From the NCBI GenBank assembly GCA_012295275.1, contig CM022670.1, forward strand, positions 27,094,001 to 27,158,000: a DNA stretch of 64,000 bases, read 5' to 3'. How positions within the stretch are numbered: the stretch's first letter is position 1; each line of letters starts with the position of its first letter. Shown here in pieces: positions 14,555 to 28,147 of this stretch. The notes below the pieces were generated by a model, which did no database searches, was not told the DNA's origin, and was given only the letters and a program-made list of their open reading frames with translations. This DNA comes from Chrysomallon squamiferum (taxonomy: Eukaryota > Animalia > Mollusca). The position numbers and the translations under genes are program-made.

Positions 14555-14740
14555 TAATAACAAACGAGTAGAGTTAAAAATATCTGCACCGCCATTTTTC
14601 TTTTAATTGTGACGTCATTGCGTACATGGCGGACCGATTTTCTATAACGTTTCTTCTATTATTGTGAGACTTAGATTCGCTCTGTCCGCGATGACGTCAC
14701 AACAACTTTAGTGCAGAGTGGTAAAATCAGTTTGTTATTA
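14555..14740. mobile_element. Imperfect palindrome / MITE-like element with two CRE sites
   Basis: TTGTGACGTCATTGCGTACA (14607-14626) versus TGTCCGCGATGACGTCACAA (14683-14702) is an 18/20 inverted match. Nested outer pairs TCTGCAC/GTGCAGA and AATAACAAAC/GTTTGTTATT. Confidence 0.6.
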
Positions 14741-15237
14741 ACTTTGTTAGGTATAAATAAATAAATAAAAATATTTACTTTAATAATATAATATGTATAT
14801 GATGAGTTAGCATCTATCTACATGTATAAATTATCGATTATGTCATGTATCTAGTTTTTTTTTTTTACCCGATAAACTGATGTAAGATAGTTCTATCCAT
14901 AGGAAAAAATATAAAACATTATAGCTATTAACTGGGAGAATAGTACATAACAGTGCAGGACATTTTCTTTTATGTACTTAATTATCAAAAAATAAAAAAT
15001 TAAAACCAGGTTTAACCCTTTGATATCAAATACGTCGAATAACTTAATTTTGTCCTCTGCTAAACGTACAATAAACATCGATGTCTCACAGTTTTGTTTT
15101 GTCGAGTATACACAACATTAAATTCTTTTTTTCCTATTAGAGTGAAAACATAATTTTATGTATTGACGATTACAGGTCATCATGATCCAGTACTTCTCAT
15201 TCCGGTAATAAACATTGCCTCATAGCGACTAACTATT

Positions 15238-15388
15238 ATGTTATATTATATTATATTATATTATATTATATTATATTATATTATATTATAATACATTCCA
15301 TTCCATTCTATTACATTACATTACATTATATTATATTATATTACATTATATATTACATTACATTACATTATATTATATTATATTATTA
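15238..15388. repeat. (TTATA/TTACA)n pentanucleotide repeat
   Basis: Directly visible. Confidence 0.9.
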
Positions 15389-15669
15389 ATGTGGATTTAC
15401 ATATACATACATATATACATACATAAAAACCTATCCCACCGCACAGTGAGTAAAGAGGAAAGGGTAAAATAATGAGATATGTCTCAGTAATGTCAGTACG
15501 TCGTCAGTCCTGTCTTCTTTTGTGAAAATTAAAATGGAACATTCCTGCCTTTACCAGACAGAAAAACCCTAAAGTATGCGATAATAATAGATCAGTTACG
15601 TTTCTTGTTCAGATGACATTTAATTAAACAGGACTTTCTTAAAAAAAAAAAAAAATAATTTTTTTAAAA

Positions 15670-15723
<54 letters not shown>

Positions 15724-16046
15724 ACAAATAAAATAAAATAAAATAAAACCTCTGAATGGACTGGACTGTTTAATTTTCACGTTCGTTCCTGATTTAACTG
15801 TATAAGAAATGGATGTCAGTTAAATGCTTGTGTTTCGAGTGTGGTTTCCGAGGTGGTATACAGATAAAACACTGCACGGGTAGATCGCTTGTCCGAGGCG
15901 TTGTAATTGCACGCGATATCAAACTATCCCGTACTAGCACGAACCCGGATACATCTTTGTCCTGTAAAAGCAAAGCAGCAGCTCTAAAAGGATTTAGTAA
16001 AATAATTCATGATCACCTCCCGCTATTCAACTTTTTTATTTTTATA

Positions 16047-16077
<31 letters not shown>

Positions 16078-18259
16078 AATTTGTTAACATTTATTTACTT
16101 CCAAGATTTTTTTTTTGTTTTTTTGTTTTGTTACGGGGGATTTCTTTCTAGTCTTTATTCATAATAAAGTTTTGCTATTTTTGCTAATCATAATGTATAA
16201 CACTAAAGCAATAAGCTCTTTATGATGCATATCAGATGACATATTCTCTTTATCATAATTTTGTTAATCCAGCCCACCCCCAACAAAAAACAAAACAAAA
16301 CAAACAAGATATTTTTGAGAAATGAAATAGAAAACCTGACACCTGAAAACGTTTGTGAACAAAATTTTAAGTGATGGGATTTTTTAATATCAGAAAAGCA
16401 TGAAATCACTTTCAGTGTTAAAAGTTCAGTTCAGAATATAAACCATATAGAAAGAAGAACACATTGTAAATGTAAAAACATTGTTTGAAACAGCATACTA
16501 CTGTTAATACAAGTGTGAATGAAAGATGCTGTCGATATTCAGTAACTTTCCAATTAAATCTTCTGATTTCTGACCAAAATGTGTCTGTTCTTTTGAAGAG
16601 ATGGAAGTGCGGTTACCTTTGCGAGTATTACTTCTGAGAAATGTACAGCACGACCGTAACCGCAGTCGATGGAATGTTCCACCGTAAATGAATAAAGCAG
16701 ATGTTTGAGAAACACCATTACGTACCTGTCTGCATTGAGAAAGCAGCTCGACACACTTTCTGTCTGTTTTGTGATAGGTAAATACGTATAAATGCATTCA
16801 TTCATAACAAGAGATGTGTTTTGTTTGTGAGTTCAAACAAACTCGCTGACAATGCCCGACTTTAAAGTGATCGTTATCTTACAGAATGAGATAACTTGAA
16901 CTGAGAAAGAAGTTAGTCCAATGTTCATCAGAGATAATACATTATTTTATCTTTAAAAAGGATGAGAAACAAGAGAGAAAAAAGAAGCATTTATTTATTA
17001 ATTACACAATGTGAGTATGTATATGTGTGCGTGCTTGTGTCTGAGTGTGCGGGGGTGTCCTAGCTCTGTGGAAAGTGCTCTATTTCATGATAGGCTTCAG
17101 GACCAGTAACCCTCGCTATTCTCACAATGATGCGTTTTTCAAACTGTTTTAAATGTGCTTCCATGACTGTTGGATTGTACTGATCAAACGGGATAGGCTG
17201 CTGCTCCACGCAGAATCTAGGGACAAAAGTAAGAGTAAAAAGAAAAGAAAAACAACAGTAAGAAAGTCTCAATTTTTAATTAAAAAATGTATTAGCAAAG
17301 AAAGATAGATTAAACACTTTTTGTCAGAGTTTTTGTTATTTTTTTTTGTTAATGTTCTTTGATTTTAATGTTAGTGGTTTAAGCGAATGTTCCACCCAAT
17401 ACCGCGAAGAAATTCGTCCACAGAATACAAGAATCTCTTAAAACAGATTTTGTTACAACCCTTATTGCAATGAATAACTTCCGTATTAAACATACTTCTG
17501 ATATTAAAGCAAGTTGGAGAATATATAGTGAAACACATTTTAACCTGGGCCATTTTATAAATCATTTACAATAGGAAGCCCTTAGTTCAAATCTATCCTA
17601 ATCAGTTAGCTTCACGCCTGCACAATATGAAGCCTTTCTTTAATCTAGCCTAATTGACCTAATAAATAAACTTAACAATTACCCCATGCATACTATGATG
17701 CCACATTAAATACTCTACAAACCCATACATATAAAAAAATGTGACTTTTTTCCTGTGATTTTTATCCCCAGCTACCTCCAAGCATGCTTCTTTAAATCTG
17801 CGTATGTATATACATATACTTTACTCAAAGTTTACTAATGTGTTTTCCAAGATACTTTGCCTGGTAGTTCGATGTATTGGAGCATAAGAAGTAAACAGAA
17901 AACTAATAAATAAATAAATAAATAAAAGATTTATATATATTTGAGGAATTTTGTTTTAAAAAAAAACAAAAAACATCCAGTAATAACTACAATAATATCA
18001 GCTGTGAAATAAAAACACGGGCTATAAAACGCTAGCATAAAAAGAAGCGAAGCAGCTGCACACTCCGGGCACACGGTGTAAGTTGTTTCCGTGTAGTTTA
18101 TCTACAAAAAGACTGAGAAAAATCAACACCACATGTCATCAGTTGCAATTCACGGTACATTGGTTCTGTTTACCTCCAGGTAAAATATACCTGAGTCAAC
18201 CATCCAACTGCGTCGGGTACAGTATTAATGAATAAAACGTAGCGATTTAAACATCTCAG

Positions 18260-18530
18260 CAGCGGACTGCGATCTTGTGGTTAATGCGCTTGCGTGAGGC
18301 AAGACGGATTGTGGAATTGTTGCATCCGTGTTCTAGCCAGTATTTCATGACTTGTTTACAAAAGACCGTGGTACTTTTTTCTTACCTGACAGGAGGTCCC
18401 TTGCTTCTAATTAATCTTTTGACTGTGGCTATTTTTACAATGATTGCATGGGTCATGATGGATAGCAGAAGTGGTTCTTTTCGTTACGGCGTTTAGACGT
18501 TGGAGTACGCCTTAACAACCTGTTTTTGTT
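18260..18530 (+). mobile_element. Possible degenerate tRNA-derived SINE
   Basis: GC/CpG-rich block with an A-box-like TGTGGTTAATGCGCTTG, a weak B-box-like GTTGCATCC and a tail GGAGTACGCCTTAACAACC. No second copy in the window. Confidence 0.3.
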
Positions 18531-21500
18531 ATTTAGATGCCCCGATTACAATAGATTTCCATTCGAAAAGCAGTTCATTACTAAACCATGAATTGATAAT
18601 TAATGTTGTTAAAGGATTGCTTAAATATTTTTTCTACATTCTCCATTAATATCATTTTAGAGTAATATTTTTACCCATAGCAACTATACTTCGAGTGTTT
18701 CGGTGTTTGATAGCTAGTAATTTAAGTAAATGCTTTTATTAGTATACTTTCTTATAAGCTCAGATTAATTCGAATTTCGTTAGTTTAAAATTTCTTCAAT
18801 TTAAACTAGTATTCTTAAAGAATTTTCCATCCATTTTTTTCTTCTTTTTTTTCCCCACTTGTTACAATCACAACAAAGATATTTTGAACTATATTAATGT
18901 AGTCAGTAAGTAAACAATAAATAAAATTTAAATGAATAATTAATCTTTTGGCCATTTATCTTATTAACTAAATAATTAAAAAAAAAAAAAAATTATGGAA
19001 GGAAAATAGACAAGAGCTAAACACAATCAACCAATTAGATGAATCTAATAATCCTATAAATAAATTGCTGAAAAGCAGAAACCCCAAATAAATATTTCAG
19101 AGATAACTTACAATCAAATGCGACAGAAAACCACTTTATTTTGGCACAAACAAATAACATGTATATATGCAATTATATTGCTAAAAGAAACTGTTATTTT
19201 ACAAGTATATATTTATAATTGTAAATAAGGCAAAATATATTATAAAACCAACAAGTGGCTTAAAATAAATTTAAATTCTGATTACCTTTAAAAAAATACA
19301 GTGATATTGTTCATCAACCAGCATTAAGTGAAATAAAAAATTTTTATTTAAAGAAAAAAGAAAAATATATTTACAAATATTTATTTAAAATAATAAACAT
19401 ATAACCAGATCTGAAAAGATAGCAGCTTTCATACAATTGTTTTTTTTTCTTCAAAATCTAAACATAATTAATAACACACATAAACTCAGTGCTTTAAAAA
19501 CAAAACATTTTCATATATTTACATAAATGACACAAAAATAGGGTTTTATTTTTTATATTTATGCATAAAATGATCATTCATTTCTTAATTTCAGCTACAA
19601 CATGAATGTATCAGTGAAATCAATGGTTAATGAAAAGTCATAGTTAATTTCAGATGATTAGTAAAACATATTCAGGGCTTGAACTTCAGACCTGTGCAGC
19701 TGTAAAGAGCTTTTGAGAATTGGGATTTAAATCTTCATTCAAGTTAATTGATACTGAACTGGAATTTGTCAAATTATGACAACTGCATTCTGTCTCTAAA
19801 ACTATTGTGTACTTTTCTTGCACAAATCCCCCAGAAAATCCTCTTCATTTCAAGCCAAATGTTTTATAACTTTTATATGGTGTAGTAATGGATGATTTTC
19901 TCAAAACATACTTCAACAGTTGTCGTAACTTTCTGTATTCTGAGAATGGACAAAAATAACTAAAGTCAGTAAAATGATAGTAATTTCAATTATTATTTTT
20001 TATTTAATCAGTTACAACTTTTGATTTCATGATGAGATTATATATTTATGTCTCTGGAATAGAATCATAATTTAAAATGTCATTAATACATTGCCTTAGT
20101 AATGTTATTGTTCAGTACTAAAACAAATTAAAATGAGCAAAATAATGAATAAAAACATGATTCATATCTCTAATTAAGAACAATGATGCAAACAGAGATT
20201 GTCCAAAGATGACCCTTTGTATGTAACAGAAGACATTAAGAAACCATTAACAAATTAAACAAAGTATAAAATCACGATTTGTTTAAAATAAATGTTTCCT
20301 AATAATTTTCATCACAGCAATGATTTACACAAGATTGTCTGAAGATAAAAGGATGAACTGTGAGAAGTTTTTAGGTAGCAATAGACTATTATAACTTGAA
20401 TGATATCAGTCAACTTTGGATTTAACAATTGTGCAAAACATACAAAGTAATTTTGCTACTGTTATATTTAGAAAGTTTGAAGTCAAACATTTCTAAACAG
20501 CGTATCTAACCTTACAGTATTCTGTGTTTGAAATGCATGTTTTTGTTTCAGTTCTTTTCTATTTATTTGTGCATGACTCCAGTGGTGTTTCAGAAGTATT
20601 TATTTATGCATCACTGTAACTAAAGGTGGTATTGTTATTCATATTTCATGGAAGGAAAAGGAACAAAATGAATGAGATCGTAATCTTTGGCAATCCATTT
20701 ATGTAAATTATGAAACCATACATAAGTAAAAATAATAAGTACATTATAAAAAATGATAAAGATAAATAGGTAATATGAAATCTACTTCACCTGCTGGGAT
20801 GGTATTTAGTTTGACTAGAATTGATAATAAGTGAAATAAAACACCATTTTCAATACCACAACCTCACTGTACAGAATAATTCAAATGAGTCTGCAAGACT
20901 TACTGTATTCCTGCTTATAAAATCTATAGAAACTATACTCAGTAATATCTATTCAAGTGCAACAGAACAGATTTTTACAAGTACACATTTCAGACATTTG
21001 TGTATTTTCTGCAGAGACAAATGACTTGCTGCATTAAACAGAATAAAAATAATAATTCTTCAGTCTAAGTAAATCTATTTGTCTAAAGGCCAGTTTTTCT
21101 TTAACTGAGGATTAATTCAAATGCAGTTCAGATTCCCTTCTTCAAAGAATTTTCAACTTTACTCGTATGAAAGGATTACTTCCTCCTTGCTGGCATTAGC
21201 ATCCTTTTTTTTTACCATAGGTTTTTTTTTTTTTGCTTGAAGTATTGTTTTTACCATATTATTTGACTTGTATCACATTTGAACTATAATAAGCATTACA
21301 ATAGTCTTATTTTATTCTACAACAATCTCAATTACAGCTGTAGCTGTAGATCAACAACTTTATCAACAGACAATGAAGTGCTGCTTTAACCAAAGTGTCA
21401 GGCTTACCCCTCTTAACACATTAAAGCCATTCACATGCAGCTGAAAAAGAAAAATCCCAACAACCAATACATTATAACAATGCAGCAAAAATAAAAGCAC

Positions 21501-23545
21501 AGTTTCAAAACAACAACAAACAAACATATATGATATGAATGAACATTCAAACCAAAAATCTAAAGAGACAAAATGACTAATACATTGTCAATTTCTTGTT
21601 GACAAAAAAAACTAACCAAAGTAAATATTCTTAGATGATTAATTTCAGAACCAGACTGGGCAATTGATTTTCCAATTGGCACAATTTTTACTTTTTATTC
21701 TACTATAAGTATACAATAACTCAACTGAACATTTAGACAATATAAAGTGAGTTTTACATTGGTAAAATGATGTTGCCCTTCCTGCTTCATTAGCATACAA
21801 AAATATATATTTCAGTAAAAATAAAAAATACTGAAATTAAGAAATGGTAATAAACAAAGCACTTTTTGATTAAATCAGATGTTTGTCATCACAAAATAAT
21901 CAGACAACTCTTGCATTGTCAATGGTCCCAAGATTTTGAAAACAAAATGTCACACTGATTTGATTTTAAGTGTGCTCTAAAATTAATCTGAAATTATCTT
22001 AAGACTTGAAACTTGATGTTAAGATAATTTTAAAAAAAAAAACAAGAAAAAAACTATCTAACATTAATGTTATTTGTACATACAATATTTTTAATAAACT
22101 TATTTTCATAATCAAGCTGTATTATATAAAATATATTTTAAAAAATAAAAAAAGTTGTGTACACTTTTTAAAAAAAGAAAGTCTATATAAAAAAAAATAA
22201 GTGGTTGTTTTGATATATTAAATGGTTTTGAAAACGAATGTAAACATAACGTATTCAAAACTACATCTACCCTGTTTTAAATCTTTTTACACACACAAAA
22301 ATATACTCACAACCTTTACTTTCACCCACTTCTATTAATGATAATCATTCCATATAAATCTTGCGTAGTAAACATCTTTCACTGTAGTAAACTATAAGTT
22401 ATTTTAATCAATATTAAAATATTTAAAATAACATATACTGTATATAATTTCTTTACATGATTGTAAATTATTTAAACTCAATTTTTTGTTTTTATTAAAT
22501 GATGTTTGTTTTAAAAGGAAACATTTTTTCCCAAAAAAAAACAATTAAAGGAAGACAATAACATCAGATTCTGTAAAATTGTAAAAATTCTCAGATCCGT
22601 TGTTTGTTTTAAATTAATAAAAAAAAAGTTCTATAACATTTGAACTTTGATGGGTTTTTTAACATATAAATATTTCACAAATGGTCACAAATTTGCTGAA
22701 GGTTTTAGTGTTAAATAAAACCGAATGGAAAGTAAGACATGCAGTCAAGGTTAGAGCTTTAGTACTATTATTTTCTACTACTTCTTTAAAAATATTCTTA
22801 ATGTCAGTAATAATAATGATGATGATGATAATTCCGTAAAATACAAGGTAACTGTTCAAGTAATTGCACCCAATTCAAGCATGCTCCCTTTTAAAACCAG
22901 CTCTAAAATAAAATAAATAATGTCTAATTCCATCAGGTAAGCAGATAATGAATGAAAAAAGTTCAAAAAATGCAAACAAGTAATATTTGAAAAGAGAAAA
23001 AAACACAAAAAACCTTTCAGCAAATGTGGTGCAGTCAGAAGTCACACAATGGTTGTTTATTTTAAAGCTTCAGCATGTTTTCTTAGTTAAACAGTTTTAA
23101 AAAATCAGTCACCTGGTTTTTAAGGTGAACAAAAACAAACCACCAGAGAAATCAGGTCATCTTTAAAAACATCTGCTTTGCTGAAATCACTTTTAAGTTT
23201 TCACAGATGTTAAAATGTAGAGCTTAATTTTTTTTTTTTTTTTTTAAAATTAATATTGTCAGTTATTCAGTTTATTTTTTTTTTTAAATTTACTTATTAG
23301 TTTGTTAATTTAATAAAAAAAAAAAAAAATAAATAAAAGAACTATTAAAACCAAAAAAAACTTTAAAACGACTTCTTTCAGTAATAATAATAAAAAAAAA
23401 AAAAATAAAACATTTAAAAATTGATGTATAAAATCATATAAAAAAACCAGAAGAAAAAAAAATAAATAAAAAATAATAATAATTAAAAAAAAAAAGATAA
23501 ATATTCAACAATCATCCAGATCCTTATCTCCCATTACTACCTCAC

Positions 23546-23944
23546 TCAGCTGTTACATTTGCAAACTAAACTGTCTGTCTGAGCATTGCCACTGGGGTCT
23601 GTGCAGCTCTCATTGTTACTCAGCGGCAGCAGTTCCTGCTCTCCAGTCTTCGTGCTGCAATCTGCGGCAAATGTTTTCTGTCTGACAGATGTCTGCCTCT
23701 TTATCTTCACAATGTCGTTGTTACTCCAGCCGAAGAAGAAATATCCGAGACCCAGACCAAGGACTGTTGCTATGAGAATCCAGACGTTGTACGTCATGAC
23801 AGCCAGCATTATCAAGTAGCCGGCTACAAACTGAATTGTGTAGAGAAATGTCTGGATAATGTGGTACCGATTCAGTATGTACCGTCTGAAAAAGAGTACA
23901 GAGTTCAAATAAGAAAATTTTTTTGTATGTGTTAAGTATATGAA

Positions 23945-24003
<59 letters not shown>

Positions 24004-27000
24004 ATGTATGGAGAAATGAATGAATGAATGTACAAATTAATAAATGAATGTTTATATGTTTGAGTAAAATCCATGACAAACTATCTCTTTGTGGTAAAGT
24101 TACATCATGATACATCTTTTATTAATTCATTACACCTTTCAATTAAGTTCATAAACAATTCAATACAAGGTAGCTATTTACTATGTTTATCTTTGAAAAT
24201 GAAATCATGAAATGTATATAAAATTATTCTTCTTTTGTTTTATGACTTATAGGCAGGATGAATTAAAACTGCTTTGTTCTGTCACCATGGACACCATCAC
24301 CATATTACATCTACTTTTTTAAACTAAATATTTCATATATATATATAAATGGAAGACATACTGATTATTTTAAGAAAAATTATTTATTTATTTTATTTTT
24401 TTATTTTACATTTTTTTACTTATTTTTAAGCTGGAATAAAATGGTAGTAAAGCAGACAAAAATTATTGAATTAAAAGTATTAATTGTCACTGTAGGTGGA
24501 GGCTGTTAAGATTTATCTTACAACAGATGAAATAAATGAAAAGCATTAATAAAATTTGCATTAGAGAAAGAAAATGAAGATGGCATATTATATTAATAAC
24601 TAAATTAATTATATCAACAACAAGAAAAATGTCACTGACAATTCAGCCATATTTGTGATGTGTGTGGAGTACTTAGTCAGTTTCTGTGTAAATAAAAGAA
24701 AATTTAAAAAGAAAGTTCTGCTTACAAACAGAGAAGCAATGAAGCCACAACGTTAACACACACACACACATAAAAATGAAAAAAACAAGAAGAAAAACAA
24801 AACAATATAAAAGAAATTTTAAAACACTTTTGTAACACAATAATATTGACCTTTAATACATCATGTTACTGATTTTGGATAATAAACTTAAAAAAGACTG
24901 GTTAGACAAAAATATGGGGCACCAAGAACTTAGAAAACAAGAACATAACAGTTGAAAAAAATAAATGTATTTAATATTAATAAGTTGAATAATTCTTCAA
25001 AGTTAAATTATTTATCAACCTGAATAATAAAATCTTTTTTCTGACAATTATTACAAATTTTCTTAACTCAAATAAAACAATATGTTTTGTATATGACCAA
25101 GATAATAATAAATTATTTAATCTATGTGCAGCTAGTTGTATTGTAAAACTTACTGAATTGGAAAAAATAATAATAAAATAAAATAAAAATACATAAATAA
25201 AAAATTACCTGAACATGCACATAGAATAAGTAATATTTAAATAGAAAAATGTGACATTAAAAATATTTGATATATTTTACTCTAACAGTATTTGGTCACA
25301 AAGACTGCACAAGACTACACAGTTCCAACACTTCATGGTTTAATGGCCAACATTCTGTCATGCATGAATTCATCCAAATATATGCCAGACTTGTACACAC
25401 AGAATTGTGTTACACTGCAAATCATGTATTTGACAGCTGAGCTAAGTTTCTGTGTCTGTTAGTTTTCTTTTTTTTGTGAATTTAGTTAAATTATGTAACA
25501 TTTTTGATTGAGAATCAGTATTAGCTATGCTGAGAATTTCACTGAGAATATGGACTGTAGTGCTTGTGAGCTTCTAGGTGCAATGGTAATTTATTTTCCT
25601 CAAACAAGTCAGGGTTTGAAGTGAATCAAATTTCATCCAGAACATGGCATACATTACATACAGGCTGACAAGCATGGCAGTTTGTTTGAACATGTCGTCC
25701 ATATTCACATTGTAGCTAACAATGGTTCTTTGAATGCTAAAAAATCTTTAACTTAAAATCAGAATATCTCTGTCACTTTTAACTTTTTATTTATACTGGA
25801 GAACGTACTGAATTAGTGAACTATATAGCACTGTGTATATATTTACTAATTAAAATGATGATGGTGATTCCATTGTGATAACAATTACCATGACATGGCA
25901 GAATCCTGACATACTAGACTAGTAATAACTGCACTAAGTACAGGATCTAAACAGGAAGAACTGGTACAAAACAAAATGGTTTCACAGAGAGACAGACAGC
26001 AGGTTAATTGTCAGAAGCCTCAAAAGAAAAAAAAAACATTAAAAAAAAATGTTCTGATCAGATTCTCTTATGAAAGCATTTTTTCCCAGCAAAACACCAA
26101 TCTCACCTAGAAGACCAATTATCAATGATTTGGCCTTGATGTTGTGATCTAAGAATTGTAAAAAAAAAAAAAGAATATATATTTTAAAAATAAAACATTG
26201 CTCACAAACATTTGTATGCAGCATTAAATTCTGGTCAACTGGTCCTCTATAGATTATTCAGCTTTTCTATAGTTGTTTACTGTCAGCGATAACCTGCTTT
26301 TCAATCAGGCAACTTAACTCTGAGACAAGTTGCATGTAGAACAATTAGATATAGCACTTGTCAAACAAAGTTTTTAATTTTAATATTAAATAATTTAAGA
26401 TTCTCTGAAATAGTAAACTGTTTTAAACAATTTGATCTCTTTGGCTAAGAAATAAAAAACAAATTTAAAAAAAAGAGGAAAATACCCCTAATTTTTTTAT
26501 TTATTTGAAACTCTCCATATATTCAAATCACTCAAAAGCATTTTATTCATCATATCATATTTTATTATTGGTGTATTAATTACTGATCAATGTAAACAAA
26601 TTTATACATAGTGACAAAATATCAAAACCTTTCTGTCATTATTTTGTTCAAATGTAATCATAACTTAACACAGTATGAAAAACATCAAGAAATCTAGACA
26701 ACCAAATATTCTGAGAGGCAAGGGGAACTTGGCTGTCCCACTGCCAGACAGAAATGAACAGACGTACGAATGCTGTACAAACTCACTTGCACTGAATGTT
26801 GGGGCATGGTCGACCTATACGCTGTCTAGCAGTTTTCAGTCCCTCGTACAAAACTGCCGCAATCAGCAAAGCCAAACAGGAGATGAAAGTAACTGTAAAA
26901 AAAAAAAAAAAATTTTAATTTTTTTTTTTTTTTTAAAAGTGATAAAATAATTAAGTTACTCTATACCAATAGACACTGTCACATGATAATGTTATTTGTC

Positions 27001-28067
27001 ACACAGCTATGACTGAGCACACTGAATTCATTTGACATGACAATTATCTGTAACTATCTTCTCTAGTCTCAATCTTTTTTCAAAACAATGACAACAACTT
27101 TTACAAAAAGCTGGTACTTTTTAGTGTAATCTATGCTTGAAATATATTTTCAAGTAAATATGGCTACCACTTTTCTTTAAAATAACCAATAAATATTAAC
27201 GTTAAAAAAAATCTGAAAGTAAAATGTAAAAAGTTTTTAATACCAGTTAAAATAAGACTTATGACTGTCCCAAATTACAAAATGCTGGTTATGTGTATTT
27301 TTTTAATATTATTATTATTTTTATTTTTTTTTTAGATTGTTTACCTTTTCCTGGTGACAATTTCCACTGTTCAAAAAGAATAATATCATTTTGCTCTGTA
27401 TGGAAGTAGATCTGGAAAATACATCAGGATTTGCAATGAGCATTTCTTAGGTATTTGATTTACAGGAATTCATACATCCACCAAATACCTAATTTCTGAA
27501 TGAAAGTTCACTTTTAACTATTACATTTTTTAAACTTATTTAAACCAATTTGTTTCAAACAACTACTGAGAGTCCTAGGAACTGAAATCTTTACCTAAGC
27601 TTAGCTAAAGACAAAAGAAATAAAGCTACTTTCTTAACCAAAAGCAAAATTAATATATCTGTTATTGTTTTCAGGTGTCTTTTCTTAATCAAAAATATTT
27701 ATGGTTGAAATTACATTAAATCAACTAACAAAATTATCGCAGTCTGAATTTATAAAAACCATCAAAACAAAAACTTTTAGAGTATCAGTAAAAAAAAACA
27801 GTCAGACATAATTAAATGTGAGAGGTGAGTTGATTGAATACTCACTAAGGAATGGTGAGCATGTGCATGGGCACCATGCCCTGACATCATGCTTTGATGG
27901 TCGTTGCCGCTGAGGATGTTGTAACCATCAGTCGTCATGTTCATCCCTGTGTGGTTGTGCATGCTGCCTCCTGTTATGATATCAACAGCTTGGTCATGTA
28001 CCATCTTGTGGACAGGAGGTGTTGTAGTCATATCCATTTGATGATTGTGTGCAGCGTTGTGATCCAT
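23546..28067 (-). CDS. SLC31A1: SLC31/CTR-family copper transporter, paralogue B (244 aa, 4 coding exons)
   Basis: complement(join(23546..23885,26787..26892,27345..27411,27846..28067)). GT-AG introns, phases 0,1,2; 735 nt in frame. Starts MDH; 13 His and 9 Met in the first 74 aa; YFH..ILFEQW; AVLYEGLK; HIIQTFLY; YLIMLAVMTYN (MxxxM); GLGLG (GxxxG); ends CKCNS. The symbol denotes the family. Confidence 0.95.
23947..24000. repeat. (TG)n microsatellite
   Basis: Directly visible; source of the poly-HT stretch in ORF 23546..24115. Confidence 0.95.
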
Positions 28068-28110
28068 GGTGTCTCTGTTACTGATGATATTTTGTTTTTT
28101 TAATTATATA

Positions 28111-28147
<37 letters not shown>

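Noticed and set aside
16504-16870. Overlapping 83-97 aa ORFs in a CpG-rich block
   Set aside because: No recognisable domain or splice partners; probably repeat-derived, but the family could not be established.
3670-18065. Scattered MRE cores TGCRCNC (near 3672, 7800, 10197, 15908, 18057)
   Set aside because: Dispersed, some within repeat-like sequence, and not clustered at the putative promoter; compatible with chance.
19135-23545. CAGTG loops as candidate iron-responsive elements in the CTR-B 3' UTR (near 20612, 20865, 21953, 22380)
   Set aside because: Flanks do not form the 5-bp upper stem with a bulged C.
23546-24115. 189-aa ORF with a poly-HT stretch that looks like a His-rich metal-binding domain
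   Set aside because: The HT run is an intronic (TG)n repeat; the real exon starts at the acceptor at 23885.
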